This document shows positions 1-11,796 of a stretch of DNA of 64,000 bases, piece after piece (within the stretch, counting starts at the first letter, position 1; each line of letters begins with the position of its first letter). The translations under genes and the position numbers were made by a program. A model generated the notes under the pieces. That model was not told the DNA's origin. It saw only the letters and a program-made list of their open reading frames with translations, and searched no databases. This DNA is from Acanthaster planci (taxonomy: Eukaryota). Where the stretch lies: the NCBI RefSeq assembly GCF_001949145.1, contig NW_019091358.1, positions 2,970,535 to 3,034,534 on the forward strand. Direction: 5' to 3'.

Positions 1-50
1 AATGACTTGCGACTTGGCCTGGATGTGCAAAAATTACTTGCTACCAATTC
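1..50 (+). repeat. Right end of a GACTT-rich interspersed repeat, same family as 1696-2199
   Basis: aatgacttgcgacttggcctggatgtgcaaaaattacttgctaccaattcc is nearly identical to 2147-2198. Confidence 0.85.
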
Positions 51-701
51 CGCGAGTGCATGTGCAACTTTTAAAATTGCGTTGCATTGGCATTTACCTT
101 CAGTGGCCACCCTCTCCCACCTTAACCTTTAGCTGCGTTCACTGCCCATTCTGTGCTTTGAAAATGTGCAGTACAGTCAAGAGGTCCATTTGTCTTGCAC
201 TATACCAGTGCACACATTAATTATTTTATTGTCTATTTGCATGACCACCTTTCCACGATTTGCATTTGACGGTATGACAGTAGGCATCTTTGGGAAATTT
301 TTGATAGACTGGGACATTCCATGCAGTAGAAAGAAGGAAGGATTAATCTGACACACTAAGGAATCTTCCTCCCTGACAGACATCAGGAATAATTCAAGAT
401 CCCTTGGTGCAGTTGGCAAATAAAATTTGTCAACCATTTCCCACAATGTAATGCGAAAATTGGCCTTGCTGTGGCAGCCTCTTTGTGGTGCATTGTACTG
501 TGTGTCATATTCCTGCATATCTACACTATCTCCATTACAGCCACATGTTGATTTATTCTGTGAAATCTAGGATATAACATGGATGCGAACTAGGTGACTC
601 CACAGTAAGAGTGTACCGTGTTAAATTCCGGTTGCTGGATAAGTCTCTCAGGATGTCTGAACTGACTACTTGGAATTCACTGGGTGTTTTGTTGCTGTCA
701 G

Positions 702-871
702 GTGACGAAGCGGCCAGCGAGGCAGATACATCGAGAGAAGATGCAGAAAGCAAGCCCTGCCCGTTAGACCTCCACATCAAGGTCCTGAATGAGGAACGGC
801 TCCTGTGCACGGTCAAGCTCATCACTGATTGGCTGAGGGGCAACAGCGATGTCATTACGACGACTGCAGAG
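702..871 (+). CDS. SMG5: SMG5 internal coding exon, first in window (5' exons lie upstream); reads DEAASEADTSREDAESKPCPLDLHIKVLNEERLLCTVKLITDWLRGNSDVITTTAE
   Basis: Acceptor gttgctgtcag at 701, donor GAG|gtgaat. LLCTVKLITDWLRGN resembles human SMG5 LLPAVKVFLDWLRTN (from memory). Phase 0 end matches the next exon. Confidence 0.88.
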
Positions 872-1615
872 GTGAATCAAGGAGAGCCCAGTTTGGTCAC
901 AGTTTGTCTTTTGGTGTGGGGGTATCTTACCGGACCTTGTGATCTTAAGGAGGGAAGAATTTATTCAGATAGAGATATAGATATTCTTTCACAAAGGACA
1001 GACACAAACATGGGCCAAATTCCTTGAATGGTGTCAGGCGTCACAATATATTGTGGGTTTTTCTTGACCTTGACTTCATTTCGGGTTGAGCTCAAGGTTT
1101 TAGTGTCATTAACTCAGTCCCTTGATTTGAGACCCTCAAGCACAGTGCAGTTGCGGCTAATGTTAGGGCAAACTTGTGGAGTGTTTCACATGTTTCCATA
1201 TGTGTGTTTACAGAGATTCTAGATCCCAAGAGGAATGCCAAAGCTGAAAAGACAGCTGAGATTTAGAAAAATGGTCCTTAATTCCAAAACATAAGATGTA
1301 TTATTGACACAAAGAGGGTCAGATATGCCTGGGGGATGTAGAAATGCTCTTTAATGTTAACTCTAGAATTCCCCAAATCAGCAAGTCTTGACGAGACTTT
1401 CTCTTGAGGACTAAAGCTTAGTTGAATGCCAGGCTTGCCATGGCACACTGAAGTTCTCTTGTAATATAAGTCGTCATGCCAGTGGTCACTTTGCAAGGGC
1501 TGTGGCTGTTCAGCTCTGTAAGGTCATGTCTCTTTCCCGGCAGATCAGAGCATCCACACATGAATTCTGCTCCACTGGTAGTCTGTCAGTCCCAATTATC
1601 AGCGTGTATGTGTTG

Positions 1616-2290
1616 TGGGGTGCCCAGCCTAGTACTTTAAGGGCTTGTAGCCCCTGATCACAAGGTCAGGTGTACAGATCCAGCAGCTGGGTACACAGAG
1701 TTGTTGACTTGAGTCATGCCACTCGGATTTGAGTCACTTTCTTTGTGACTTGTGACTCAACTTGTAACTGCCAGCTTTGACTCTTGAGTTGACTTTAACT
1801 CGCATGTAGTGACTTTATGTGTGCCTGAAGTAGTGCTGTAGTACATGTGGAAATTGAACAATTAAGTGTAAGGATACTGATCAAGCAAGTGAAGTTTAAC
1901 TGTCCAAAACTTGTGACTCGTAACTCGTAAGTTAATGCCATGCCCTGTTTGCTTGTTACAGTTGGACCAAATAATATGCGACTTGACTTGCACTTGAATG
2001 AAGAGACTTGTAACTTACTTGTGTTGGACCAAATGACTTGGCTTCAGTTGACCATGTGACCAAATGACTTGTGACTTGACCAAACAACTTGTGACTTGAC
2101 CTGTGACTGGACGAAATGAATTGTAACCTGACTTGGACTTGCCAAAAATGACTTGCGACTTGGCCTGGACGTGCAAAAAATTACTTGCTACCAATTCCAC
2201 AAATTCATGTTGTGGCCTTGGGAAAGTTTACCCTTTGCTGGCCTTTCTCCGGCCAGGGGTATAAATGGACAGCTGTTGGGACAGAGGGAG
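1616..2290 (+). mobile_element. Degenerate tRNA-derived SINE split by the 1696-2199 insertion
   Basis: tRNA-like head remnant (gcctagt...aagggc...gatcacaaggtcagg) before 1696. Body gtggccttgggaaag...ccaggggtataaatgg resumes after 2200. Confidence 0.45.
1696..2199 (+). mobile_element. GACTT/TGACTT-rich interspersed element, probably a non-autonomous DNA transposon
   Basis: Dense gactt/gactc subrepeats at both ends. The end is shared with 1-50, and reverse-orientation caagtc arrays occur at about 40675-40770. No clean TSD seen. Confidence 0.6.
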
Positions 2291-2449
2291 TAATTATGGT
2301 AGATTACCGACGTCATGCTTGAAATGGCTACACCAAGCCATATAACTCCACACACAGCCAAGACTTCAGGAATGATGACAGATCCAACTGGCAGGGATCA
2401 CGCCCTTGAGACTTTGTTTGAAATGTAGCATCCTTTTTTGTCTTTTCAG

Positions 2450-2525
2450 AACACTCAGATGCTGTGGTCCAAGCTGGCCCTGCTGCTGAATCAGCTTCCC
2501 CAGGTTGAAGACTTCTGCTCAGAGG
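2450..2525 (+). CDS. SMG5: SMG5 coding exon: NTQMLWSKLALLLNQLPQVEDFCSE
   Basis: Acceptor ttttttgtcttttcag, donor G|gtaggg, phase 0 to 1. Matches the SMG5 motif SQSLWNRLSVLLNLLP. Confidence 0.92.
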
Positions 2526-3672
2526 GTAGGGCATACGAGACTTGAGTTCAGCTCCTTTTCCTTCACCTTTGACTTTTGCCAAAGATACACTTGTGCACGC
2601 TGGGAGAATCATATGTGACCCAACTTTACAAAATGAGTCACAAGTCGCCAAAGCCCCTTTTTGAGTTAAATCCCTTTGAAAAGAATCTTGCACAATTTAT
2701 TTCAGTAGGAACCCTCCGAATTTCACTCCTCGGGGTCCATTTGGATCAGAATTCCAAGTGTTTGATACATCAAAACAGTATTACTGAAAGGAAATAGTCT
2801 TTACATTCAGTTTCTGAGATCCGGCAACTCATCAGATGTGTCTGACTAGGCCACTCTAAAGGGGAAATGTAGAATTTTCCATTAAATCATCAGCTTAGAA
2901 TCCTAGTGAATAGATTGACAGCAAGTGTCTTACAGCATTGGTTGTGTAGGTATTAACCCACTGTAAGTGAACTAAATGATTGTTTGTGTGCCAAGCCCTC
3001 TATTGAATCAGTGTTAAGCTCACTCATTAATAGTGAAGCGGTTCGTATGGATTGTTGTCATCACGGTTTGCCAACCTTGCTTTCCAGATAATAGGCTTAG
3101 TAGTAAACTTTAATCAGCTGTGTTCAGGCAAATTATATTTGAATCAGGCAGCTTGCCTGGCCGATGGTGCACAGTGACTGAATCATCGACACAATCATGG
3201 CAAGACGTGACCGATGAAACCTTCTGCTGTCAAACTATCCACAAAATCTTTGTCAAACTTTTCACAATGTCACTGCCCTTGATCCATCCCACTATGCTGG
3301 ATTTGCCCACCCAGTCCTTAAAGACAAGTCAACAAGTCAGGCAATATCCCCAAGAGAAAGAGGATTATAAGTTTATCAGGCATGGCAGTCTATAAAGGGA
3401 GGGAGCTGTTATTAACTTTGTCAAATGCAATTTAGAGTATGCATATCAAAGCCAGTGTGATTTCATTTGGCAAGCATCTAGTCACTTTTTCCATTTGCTA
3501 ACCAGAAGAATTTTGTCCTCTTATACAGTGAACTTTGTGTCTTTTCATGTATGGAATTGAGAAAAGAACTTCCTGCTGCGTCAGTCCTAAATTTCAGATG
3601 TTACTGCAGCTACCTAATTTGTTTCTTCCTTATTTTAAAATATACTCCCACCATGTCACTGGTACCCAACAG

Positions 3673-3860
3673 AATGGTGCAAGTCTTCTGAGGCTCTTGA
3701 GGCAATCACTGGTAGCCTGCAGGAGGCCCCTGGTGTCTGGAAACAAATCCTCCCACTCACCGAAGACATCGCAGTGATGAAACTGCCCCCGCTCACTGAC
3801 TCCCAGAAGGCCATGGCCTTTGACCTCCATATGACCCACGACCTTACAGAGCAAGATGAG
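3673..3860 (+). CDS. SMG5: SMG5 coding exon: (E)WCKSSEALEAITGSLQEAPGVWKQILPLTEDIAVMKLPPLTDSQKAMAFDLHMTHDLTEQDE
   Basis: Acceptor cccaacag, donor GAG|gtgggt, phase 1 to 0. LTEDIAVMKLPPL matches the EST1-family LPEDxxLxxxPPL motif. Confidence 0.9.
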
Positions 3861-6800
3861 GTGGGTACCAAATGGTGCATTTTGGTGTGAGCCTGAAAGG
3901 TAACAAACTGAGTTGTTTGTATTACTCAATGACTCAGTCTGGTATTTAAAAAGGGAAAGTTCATTTGAGAATAAAGCATCTAACGTCATGCCAACTTGAA
4001 CATGTTCAGTGTAAGTGGGTCAGCTTACAGCCTGGCTGATAGGGCCAAACTCGTGCATACCTGTATTCTTGAATGACATACGACATGCTACATTTCAGAA
4101 CACAAAACAAGCTTACATATTGACATTGACAATCTCAGATAATGACCTCACCATTGTCTTGTCACGCAAACCAGTGGCAGGCCAAATGACTTTGGAGGGG
4201 GCACCTCTGCAGTGTGACATTGCAAGCCTGTGTGCCTGACTTGCTAACAAACAAAACAATGTAGTGTTGCACAGAAATCTTGCGTACAGAGCTACATGTA
4301 CATGTAGGTCTCCACTGGCTTCAGATACATGGGCACATGCCAACAGTAGACATGGCCGTAATTGCAGAAGCTCGTTTGAGACACAGCCCAAGATGCACAT
4401 GCTTGCATTAGCGTCTCACTTTCATTGAAAGTCCTCATAATTTCTGTGGGGAATCAAAGCCCAAGTAACTGTTGGACTGTGATATGGCCTGTTGGCACAT
4501 GAGATATATACCGTCCCTGGCAGGTACTTGAGTCTCCCCTGATTGTTGATGGCATGTGAACATTCCTGTGGTTCTGAGGGGAATAAGGTCCTCAACCTTT
4601 GGATGAACTTGGACCTGGCGTTGGCAAGAATTTACCCGCCATTTCCTGTCCGACACTTTCCCTATCCTGGATAACTGATCCGATCACTGACACTGCCGAT
4701 GAAGACCAAAACTAAGTGTCAAATATGGTTGAAGTCAGCGTGCCACCTGCGGTGGACCTTCTATGCCCCCTCCCCCAATTTTTACTCCCATCTATCCCCC
4801 CCCCTCCCCATCCAAAGTTTAAAAATAAGTTGCCAGCCATTTCGTGAACCCCTGCGAAAAAGCCCCCTGCAGGATTTGGTGTCAATTAGATTAGCACTCA
4901 GCAATGTGTTTCCCAAATCCCCGACTTCCCCCTCTGCAAATTGATCCGGAACATAATAGTCGACACCTAGGGAGCCGCTGGTACCCCACAAAAGAGAGAA
5001 AAAAAGTGAAAGGGTGTCTGAGATTCTGCACCCTGGGGCGGGCGAAGTAGGTCATTTGGGCCGGGCACTAATGAGGGAAGGCCTGGCTTGGGTGCGAGGT
5101 GAGTGAACTCAGTTGGTTATGATTAACAGGAATTATAATTTGTCGCCTCGCAGCCCGGAGGCGGGCTTCCGTTACTCTGACAGATGAGCTCAGTCTCGTG
5201 TGAAGTTTTATTCAACGATTTAATCCACTGGTGGAGTGAGAGATCACATTGCAGCTGAGTTGGCAAAAAGTCTTCTTTTAAATTTTTTTTATTTTTGCAT
5301 CATTTTTAAAAATAATCCTTCAGAGGTGTTAATGTGGGATGAAATGTGGGATTACCCGATTAAAATATCTTTGCGTAGAATTTATGAAGGGGAAATCCGT
5401 ACTAATTAGATCAGGGTAGCAGTAGCAGGTGTTAATCCGAAGGGTGATGTTTGTGAGGTTTTTCTGTTATCGAGACCACATGTTGTAAGAAGCTGGACTG
5501 AGACATCAACCGTGGTATTTAAAGATGAGCCCCAGGTGATTTAAGCTTCCAGAAAGGCCAAAGAGTCATCAACTTTTTTTTTTGGTTACCCAGAAGGTGT
5601 ACATGGACATGTATGTTCTTTCCAGTATTTATATCCACTTACCCAGCGATCTGTGGTATAAAATGCTGAAGGTTTGTTGTTGCATTGGATTTCACCTACA
5701 ACCCTCTAAAGTGCACTTTTCGATACTCATAACTCCAAAAGTATGCCAAATAGATTTATATATTGAAGGAAAGTACATACTGGTCGTTTCACACAAATCT
5801 GCTTCTAAGAATAAAATCTTCCTCTGAACCCAGTGAAAATAACGATCATTATCATGGAGATGGAGGAAATTCGATCATTTCAACCTGAAATTGTCCAATC
5901 CAGAAGTGTGTGACCTGTTTAATCATTCACATGTACGTAAAACTGAAGTTTTGTGGTGGTTTTGTCCTGTTGTGGTTTGCATTCATATCGTTAGTTTTGG
6001 CAAGATTTCAACAGTAGTCCTGTACTCAGGAAGGATGTGGGTTTGGTTGGAGAGGTTCATGCATGAGCTTATAAGGCACTGATTGACATTTCAGTGGATG
6101 TAGTGCATTTCAAACTGCATGTTTAGATGTAATTGTGAAGGGTGATTGTCCACATGTAGTCTTCCATGGCAGAAGGCAACCAAAAAAAAAGACATAAAAC
6201 CCCAGATCTCATGCTAGAGAGTACACTAGGCAAATTCAACTTGTACTTCAAAGATGGATTTGCACTGGGGAGATGTAAATTATTTGGGGGCAGGGCAAAA
6301 TCAAAAATTAAATTCAACTTGTGTCCTTTTTACTGAAAAGTCGAGAGCTAAGCTGTAGTAAAGGTCACCCTACCTACTCCCAAGTTCCAAATTAACCCGT
6401 TTTTCTTGCTCCATGAACTACATGTAGGTTACACCTGTCTTCCTGGTGCTAAGAGCAGAGTGGCAAGTATCATGACTTGTTACTATTCACTCGGATGTCA
6501 CCCAGATCCTAGAAATTCCTCGTCAAAATCTTGGAACCATCAGTCGAGTCCGCTTTTGGAAATGATTGAGTTCCTCACCAGTACCTGAAGTAATTTTCAG
6601 AAGCCTTCTAGTCTGCCATCAATTTTTGGCTTAACCCTGTTTACGCCAGTTAAGACTGACTCTTTCTTTTTCTAGACTGGACTAGGCCGTCTCTCTGCCA
6701 GTCAGTCTAATGTGTTTGTCTGCCGCTTCTCAAGTGTTAATTACGACGGACCCATTGGGAGCACCGCCATATCCTGTTGATGTTATGGTAGAGAACGGTC

Positions 6801-9800
6801 AGTGCAATCCGAGAGTGTCAACACTCACCACCTCAAAATAAGACAGTTCTTATCTAGTTGAAGACAAGGAAAGATCACATCCAGGGAGTCAGTCATACTT
6901 CCTAGAAATGTGTCTCTTTAAAAGTAGGAGGTTTTTCTGTTCATTACTTCTAATTTTTACTTATTTTTGGTTATCACGGTGTCTTCATATTTCAGTTGTT
7001 GTGCCTCAATTGTGTCAAATGTAAATTTTTTCACCATTGTTTAACTCGGCTTATGGAACAGGTGGATTTTGCCCTCCAGCTACTACTTGGAACACACCGA
7101 GGATTGTACCTGGTCACAAACCACCTGGATTTGGGATTTGGCTAGGGAGTTTCAGGTGTTATCTTGCAAGGTCACAGTTGTGTCCTTCTGACACTTTGCA
7201 TAGGTGCTAATAGTGTCTTCCTCTGCTCCACACCCAGGTTGAAACCTACTTGTGTTGATAAGCAGTCTGCAAGGAGAAACATTTCACTGAATCACTTCCA
7301 TGGTTGAGCACTGTGGACACGTTTGTACTCAAATGGGAGATCTTACCATGGGTGACATGTACAGCAGGCACCCATGTAAAGACTGTAATCACTGTATGCA
7401 TAGATTTCTCCATTTACAAATGAAAATCTTTCATGTAAACTTGTAATTATTTATACCACAGTGTAATACGAGGGATAGAAATATGCACAGAAGGCCTGTT
7501 AGTCAGCCCAAGAGGCATTATTGCTACATGCATGTACAAAGGTGACAAGGTGCCCTCTCTGGTCCCCTTTCGGGACCTCAGCACACACGAACTGTTACCT
7601 TTGCTTCATGGGTCATGGGAGATAAACCAGGCATCGTGTTGTGTGAAGGAGGGGGGACACTCCCACAGTCGTTAAGTGTCATGAAATCTCCAGATGGGCA
7701 CATTGGCCCAATGAACTAATAAGGGCAGGGTGTACCATTTGGTGTCAGCTTTGCCCAGGATTAACCACTTCGCGCCGGTGGCATTTATCAATGTTGATGA
7801 TGCAGGGACGGGAGAATTATCTTTTTTTTCTATTTCCAAAATTCTTTAAAAATTCATATCTTTATTATACTGGACACTTACACCCACACGAAGGACTGTA
7901 TGGTTTCAACTCTAATCTGACAGACAACATATATTGACGCTGGAGTATTCCAGCCAGGCCTGCTGCCTGGTAAAAAGAGCCCAGATTTTATGGTGTTACG
8001 GAATTTTCTTTATTCACGAAACTGGCACAGTGTGCTGCTGACCTCTTTTCAATAGGGGCCAGTTTAGCGTGCAGCGGTGCTGTGTGGCTCATCGCTGCGG
8101 TGATGGAGCACTTTTGTCCCCGGTGGTAATCCGCTTGCGCTGAATGCTCCAAACCGTGGTATACTGTTTCAAAACAAGGCTGGATTATCTCCACTGTTGA
8201 GAGTGAAAAAATGTTGGTAATTCTCAGCAGCCTGGTCTTTTCTTACAAGGCCCAGTTCCCTTTGTCCGAGTTCGGAGATCCCGGCGACTTGTATGAAGAA
8301 TACGTGTCCGAAACCGGAATCCCCAGTGACAAGTGGTTAATGTGTAAAATAGTGCGAGACTTCAACCCAGTTCTGCTCTGTATCAGTTGTCCATTCAGCC
8401 CCCAGCTGCCAAATTGCTGAAGACATTAGTATGTTTGAAACTGTGATGCTGTTACCTTATCAGTACCAAGCAAGTCATGAGTCACATGTAGGCCAGTGTG
8501 CCCTCCTCCCCGTCTCCCACCCCCCCCCCAACCGGGCCCAATCTGAGTAGTAGTCTGCTAGATGTGTAACCAGCAGTCCCCCGGTGCCCACCCTGGTTGG
8601 TCCCCTAAGCAATGAAGATTTCCTTTGGATAACTTCTGTTCGCTGCCACTGCCCAGCAGAGTTGCTGTCACCTAAACTGGCAAGCGTGTAAACCACGAAT
8701 GGTTACTATCGTTTCAGGTTTCAAACCCACTGTGCTTCGAAGTCTTACTTGTTTCCAACGTTGACTTTCTAGTTGGAGTCCAACCCTTTAACTAATTTGC
8801 TGAAAATATAATGTGAGTTGTGGCTGGTTAATGAGACAGTCTTTAGTGCAGCACTTGTGCCATAAACCACAGGCAGGAAGTGTAAATTGCATTACCACTA
8901 GAGACCTAAGGAAGAACAAATGGTTGGCCACAACGTGCTGTGGTTTGGTTCGGGAGGAGAGTTATTGTGCCTGGGGCACCCAAGCAGTTTTCAGCAATGT
9001 ACGCACAAACCTGTGTCATCTTCACATGAACAGAATGTACTTGAATGTGGATGCACAGCCGAAATGTCACTGTCTGTCAGTATAAAGCAACCTTAGCGTT
9101 CTGAACTACCAAAAAGGGTGTATATTGTAGTATTAGTGGATGCGTGGAATCGTTGCCAGTAGTTAAAATGGTGCTGCATTGCTGGCAACGATTGGACCAA
9201 GGATGTATACAGTACTGCCAGTGTGCCAGCACTCCTAAGTAACTCGATCACAGAGAGGAGTTTGCAAGGTTGAGAGCTTCAGCCAAAGTTTGTGTCACTC
9301 TGGAGTGGCTTTGGGGCAGGGAAAGCAACAAGATCAGGGTCCTCAGGAGAGCCAGGAGACACAGGATAGCCATAATCTGCTCCTCCTGGTTTTTTCCAGA
9401 AGTCAAGATGGGTCGACCCCATCCTGCTTGGAGAAACACTGGAGTTAATTTCTCCTCCGATTATCGGCTGAGGTTGTGAAGGGAGCCCGTAAGGTCAGAA
9501 GTACTGGCTGTAATTGATAACAGAGGAAATATTTACAGACAGAACAATATTTGGCAGACGGCTTGCTTTGCCAGCTAAATGTCTTGAAAAGGTCAGATGC
9601 AAAGTTAAGGGGGGAGGGTTCTCGGAGGAAGGAACAATTTAATGTGGGGTTTGTGAAGAAGAAAGACTGTATGTTAGTTTTTTAAAAAGCATGGGGATTG
9701 GTTTACTTGATCACTCGAAATATCTTGGAGCATCCAGGACAGGAAGAAGTCAAACTGCCACGAACAAGAACCCCAACAGCCTGGCGGCCGTAGAAACCAA

Positions 9801-11635
9801 ATATCAGTCTCCCTGGATGTCTCTCAACATGGATTCCCAAAACCCTTCCGGTATTCACATGTTTTCATTTCCACTCCAACCTTATCTGCCAACATAGGGT
9901 GAATCACGAATTAGTGGCAAACCTGAAACAGCTGTGTTTGGCAATGTGGTGACGTGAACACCAAGGGAGTCTGATTACCAGTCAAGTGCCCCCCTCTCCC
10001 TCCCTTACTCTCTCTCCTTCCCCTGCTGTAATTGCTGAATCTCCCCCCACCCTAGGGATCGTGTATTGGGACAATGCTGTCACTGTTATTGATTGAGATG
10101 TTGACTAGTTTATCGTGGGGAGGCAGACTCGGATGAGTCAAGACAGCAACCCATCTCCCATGTGCTTGGCGCAGGCAACCTCGCCGTTCCACCACAAGTC
10201 ACCCGTGTGATGGAAGCTGATGCGATGGAAGCCAGGGGAACTAGTTCAGAGTTAGGGATCACTTGAGAAGAGAAGATGGTTCCCTTACGAAAGGTCAGCC
10301 GTTACCTAAAATCATGCAAACTTGAACTGGGGACGGCTAACCTAAATCGTTTTTCCCTTTAGTCTAAGTGTGAAATCATGAGTCAGAAGTACATGTACAT
10401 GTAGACTCACTGTTGATCTGTGCAGTGTTTGACAAAATTTAGTGCAGAAAATTTTTCAGACTACAAACTAATCACAGTTTTTTCCTTGGACCCATTCATT
10501 ACCATTATTTCTGCTCAAGTTATTCATATTCCTCAGGCAGTGAGATAATTTGCATCACGTTTCTGTCTTCCACATGAAGAAAAGTATGCATCCAACGTAT
10601 AATTTTGTCAGAGATGAAAACAGGCTTCAGAAGCAAAACCAAGTCCAACAACTTTGCCCAAGTCAATTGCACAGGCTTCTCAACAAGGGGTTTAAGTCAA
10701 CCCTAAACTGGAATTTCATTGCCTAGTCACTTAAAATTGGACTTCTTCAAGGCCAACAGATTGCGTGAACTTTCAGTAACACCGTACAGGAAGTATAAGA
10801 AGCCACAGCAACTTGTCAGTGCCATCTGTCATTGCCGTTGTCTGTGCAAGCCAGAAAGTGATCAAGCTGTGGCTTGCATAGACTCAAAGATACACACACA
10901 AATTGTCCCGTAACTGGCTGGTTACTTGCTAAGTTTGGGCAAATGGATTGCACAAATGTAGGCTGTTGGTCAGTGTTAAAGGGTAGACCTGCAAGCAATT
11001 TGTTTTCCTAAAGACCTCCAAAATGCACTTTTTGTCTTATTTAACCCTATTTTTAAGTTTTGTTTACTATTCCAAAGGGTATTTTGCTGCCTTTTTTAGT
11101 TCTAAAGCCGAGGAGATTTCCTTATTCATGAGCAAAACTGTGATGTCATACCAGGAAGAAAGCCTAAATGTTACATTGGTTTGTACACACAAATGTCATG
11201 CATTTTTGTAGATTTTGCAGGACGAAATGCTGATTCATTGTTGTTTACATGTGTGTGCACAGCAATAAGTGAGCTACCATGCTTTTCCTAGGATGTTTTC
11301 AGTGAGGAAATCCTGGGTTCACAGTTTCAATAGCTGAACCTGCATGTATGCATCGAACCATGCCTTCCCTAGATGGCATCTCAACAACAGTGCCCTCAGT
11401 TGTCCAGGAAAGTATAGATAATTTGAAGCGTTAAACGGAGCGCACTTTTCCGTGCATCCAATCACATGGGAGTGTCAAAGAGTTTTCATACATTGAAGAA
11501 GAGTTGCAGACATATTGTGTCTTAGAAAACTTCATTGCGGCTACACTTTAATGCTATCGTTTAATGAGGGTAACACATCCAGTGAAAGCCAGTCATTTGG
11601 GGCCTTCACAGTGAAGAAGGTAATTTAGAAATGGT

Positions 11636-11796
11636 CAGTTTTAGAGGAGGGAGGAAACCCCAAAAGAAATTTATCCAGGGGAACTCTCAAATTTGGTAGA
11701 ATTAAAAATTTCATCCACATGCCAACTTGGGTTGGATTTGAACCATGCCGAAGAGGTGGATGGAGAGGAATGAGCCACTGCACCAGCCTGTCTCCT
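11636..11796 (-). mobile_element. Diverged copy of the SINE at 29830-30131
   Basis: Reverse complement reads tggtgcagtgg (A box), ggttcaaatcc (B box), atgtggat, then ggggtttcctccctcctctaaaactg. Confidence 0.75.

Noticed and set aside
611..1027. 138-aa ORF as a standalone gene
   Set aside because: Only 702-871 resembles SMG5 and is bounded by splice sites; the rest is intron read-through.
8250..8340. Coding-looking segment AQFPLSEFGDPGDLYEEYVSETGIPSDKW after a phase-0 acceptor, as an extra SMG5 exon
   Set aside because: No good phase-0 donor, and exons ending 3860 and starting 19303 already join collinearly with SMG5. RNA-seq would be needed to revive it as a cassette or poison exon.
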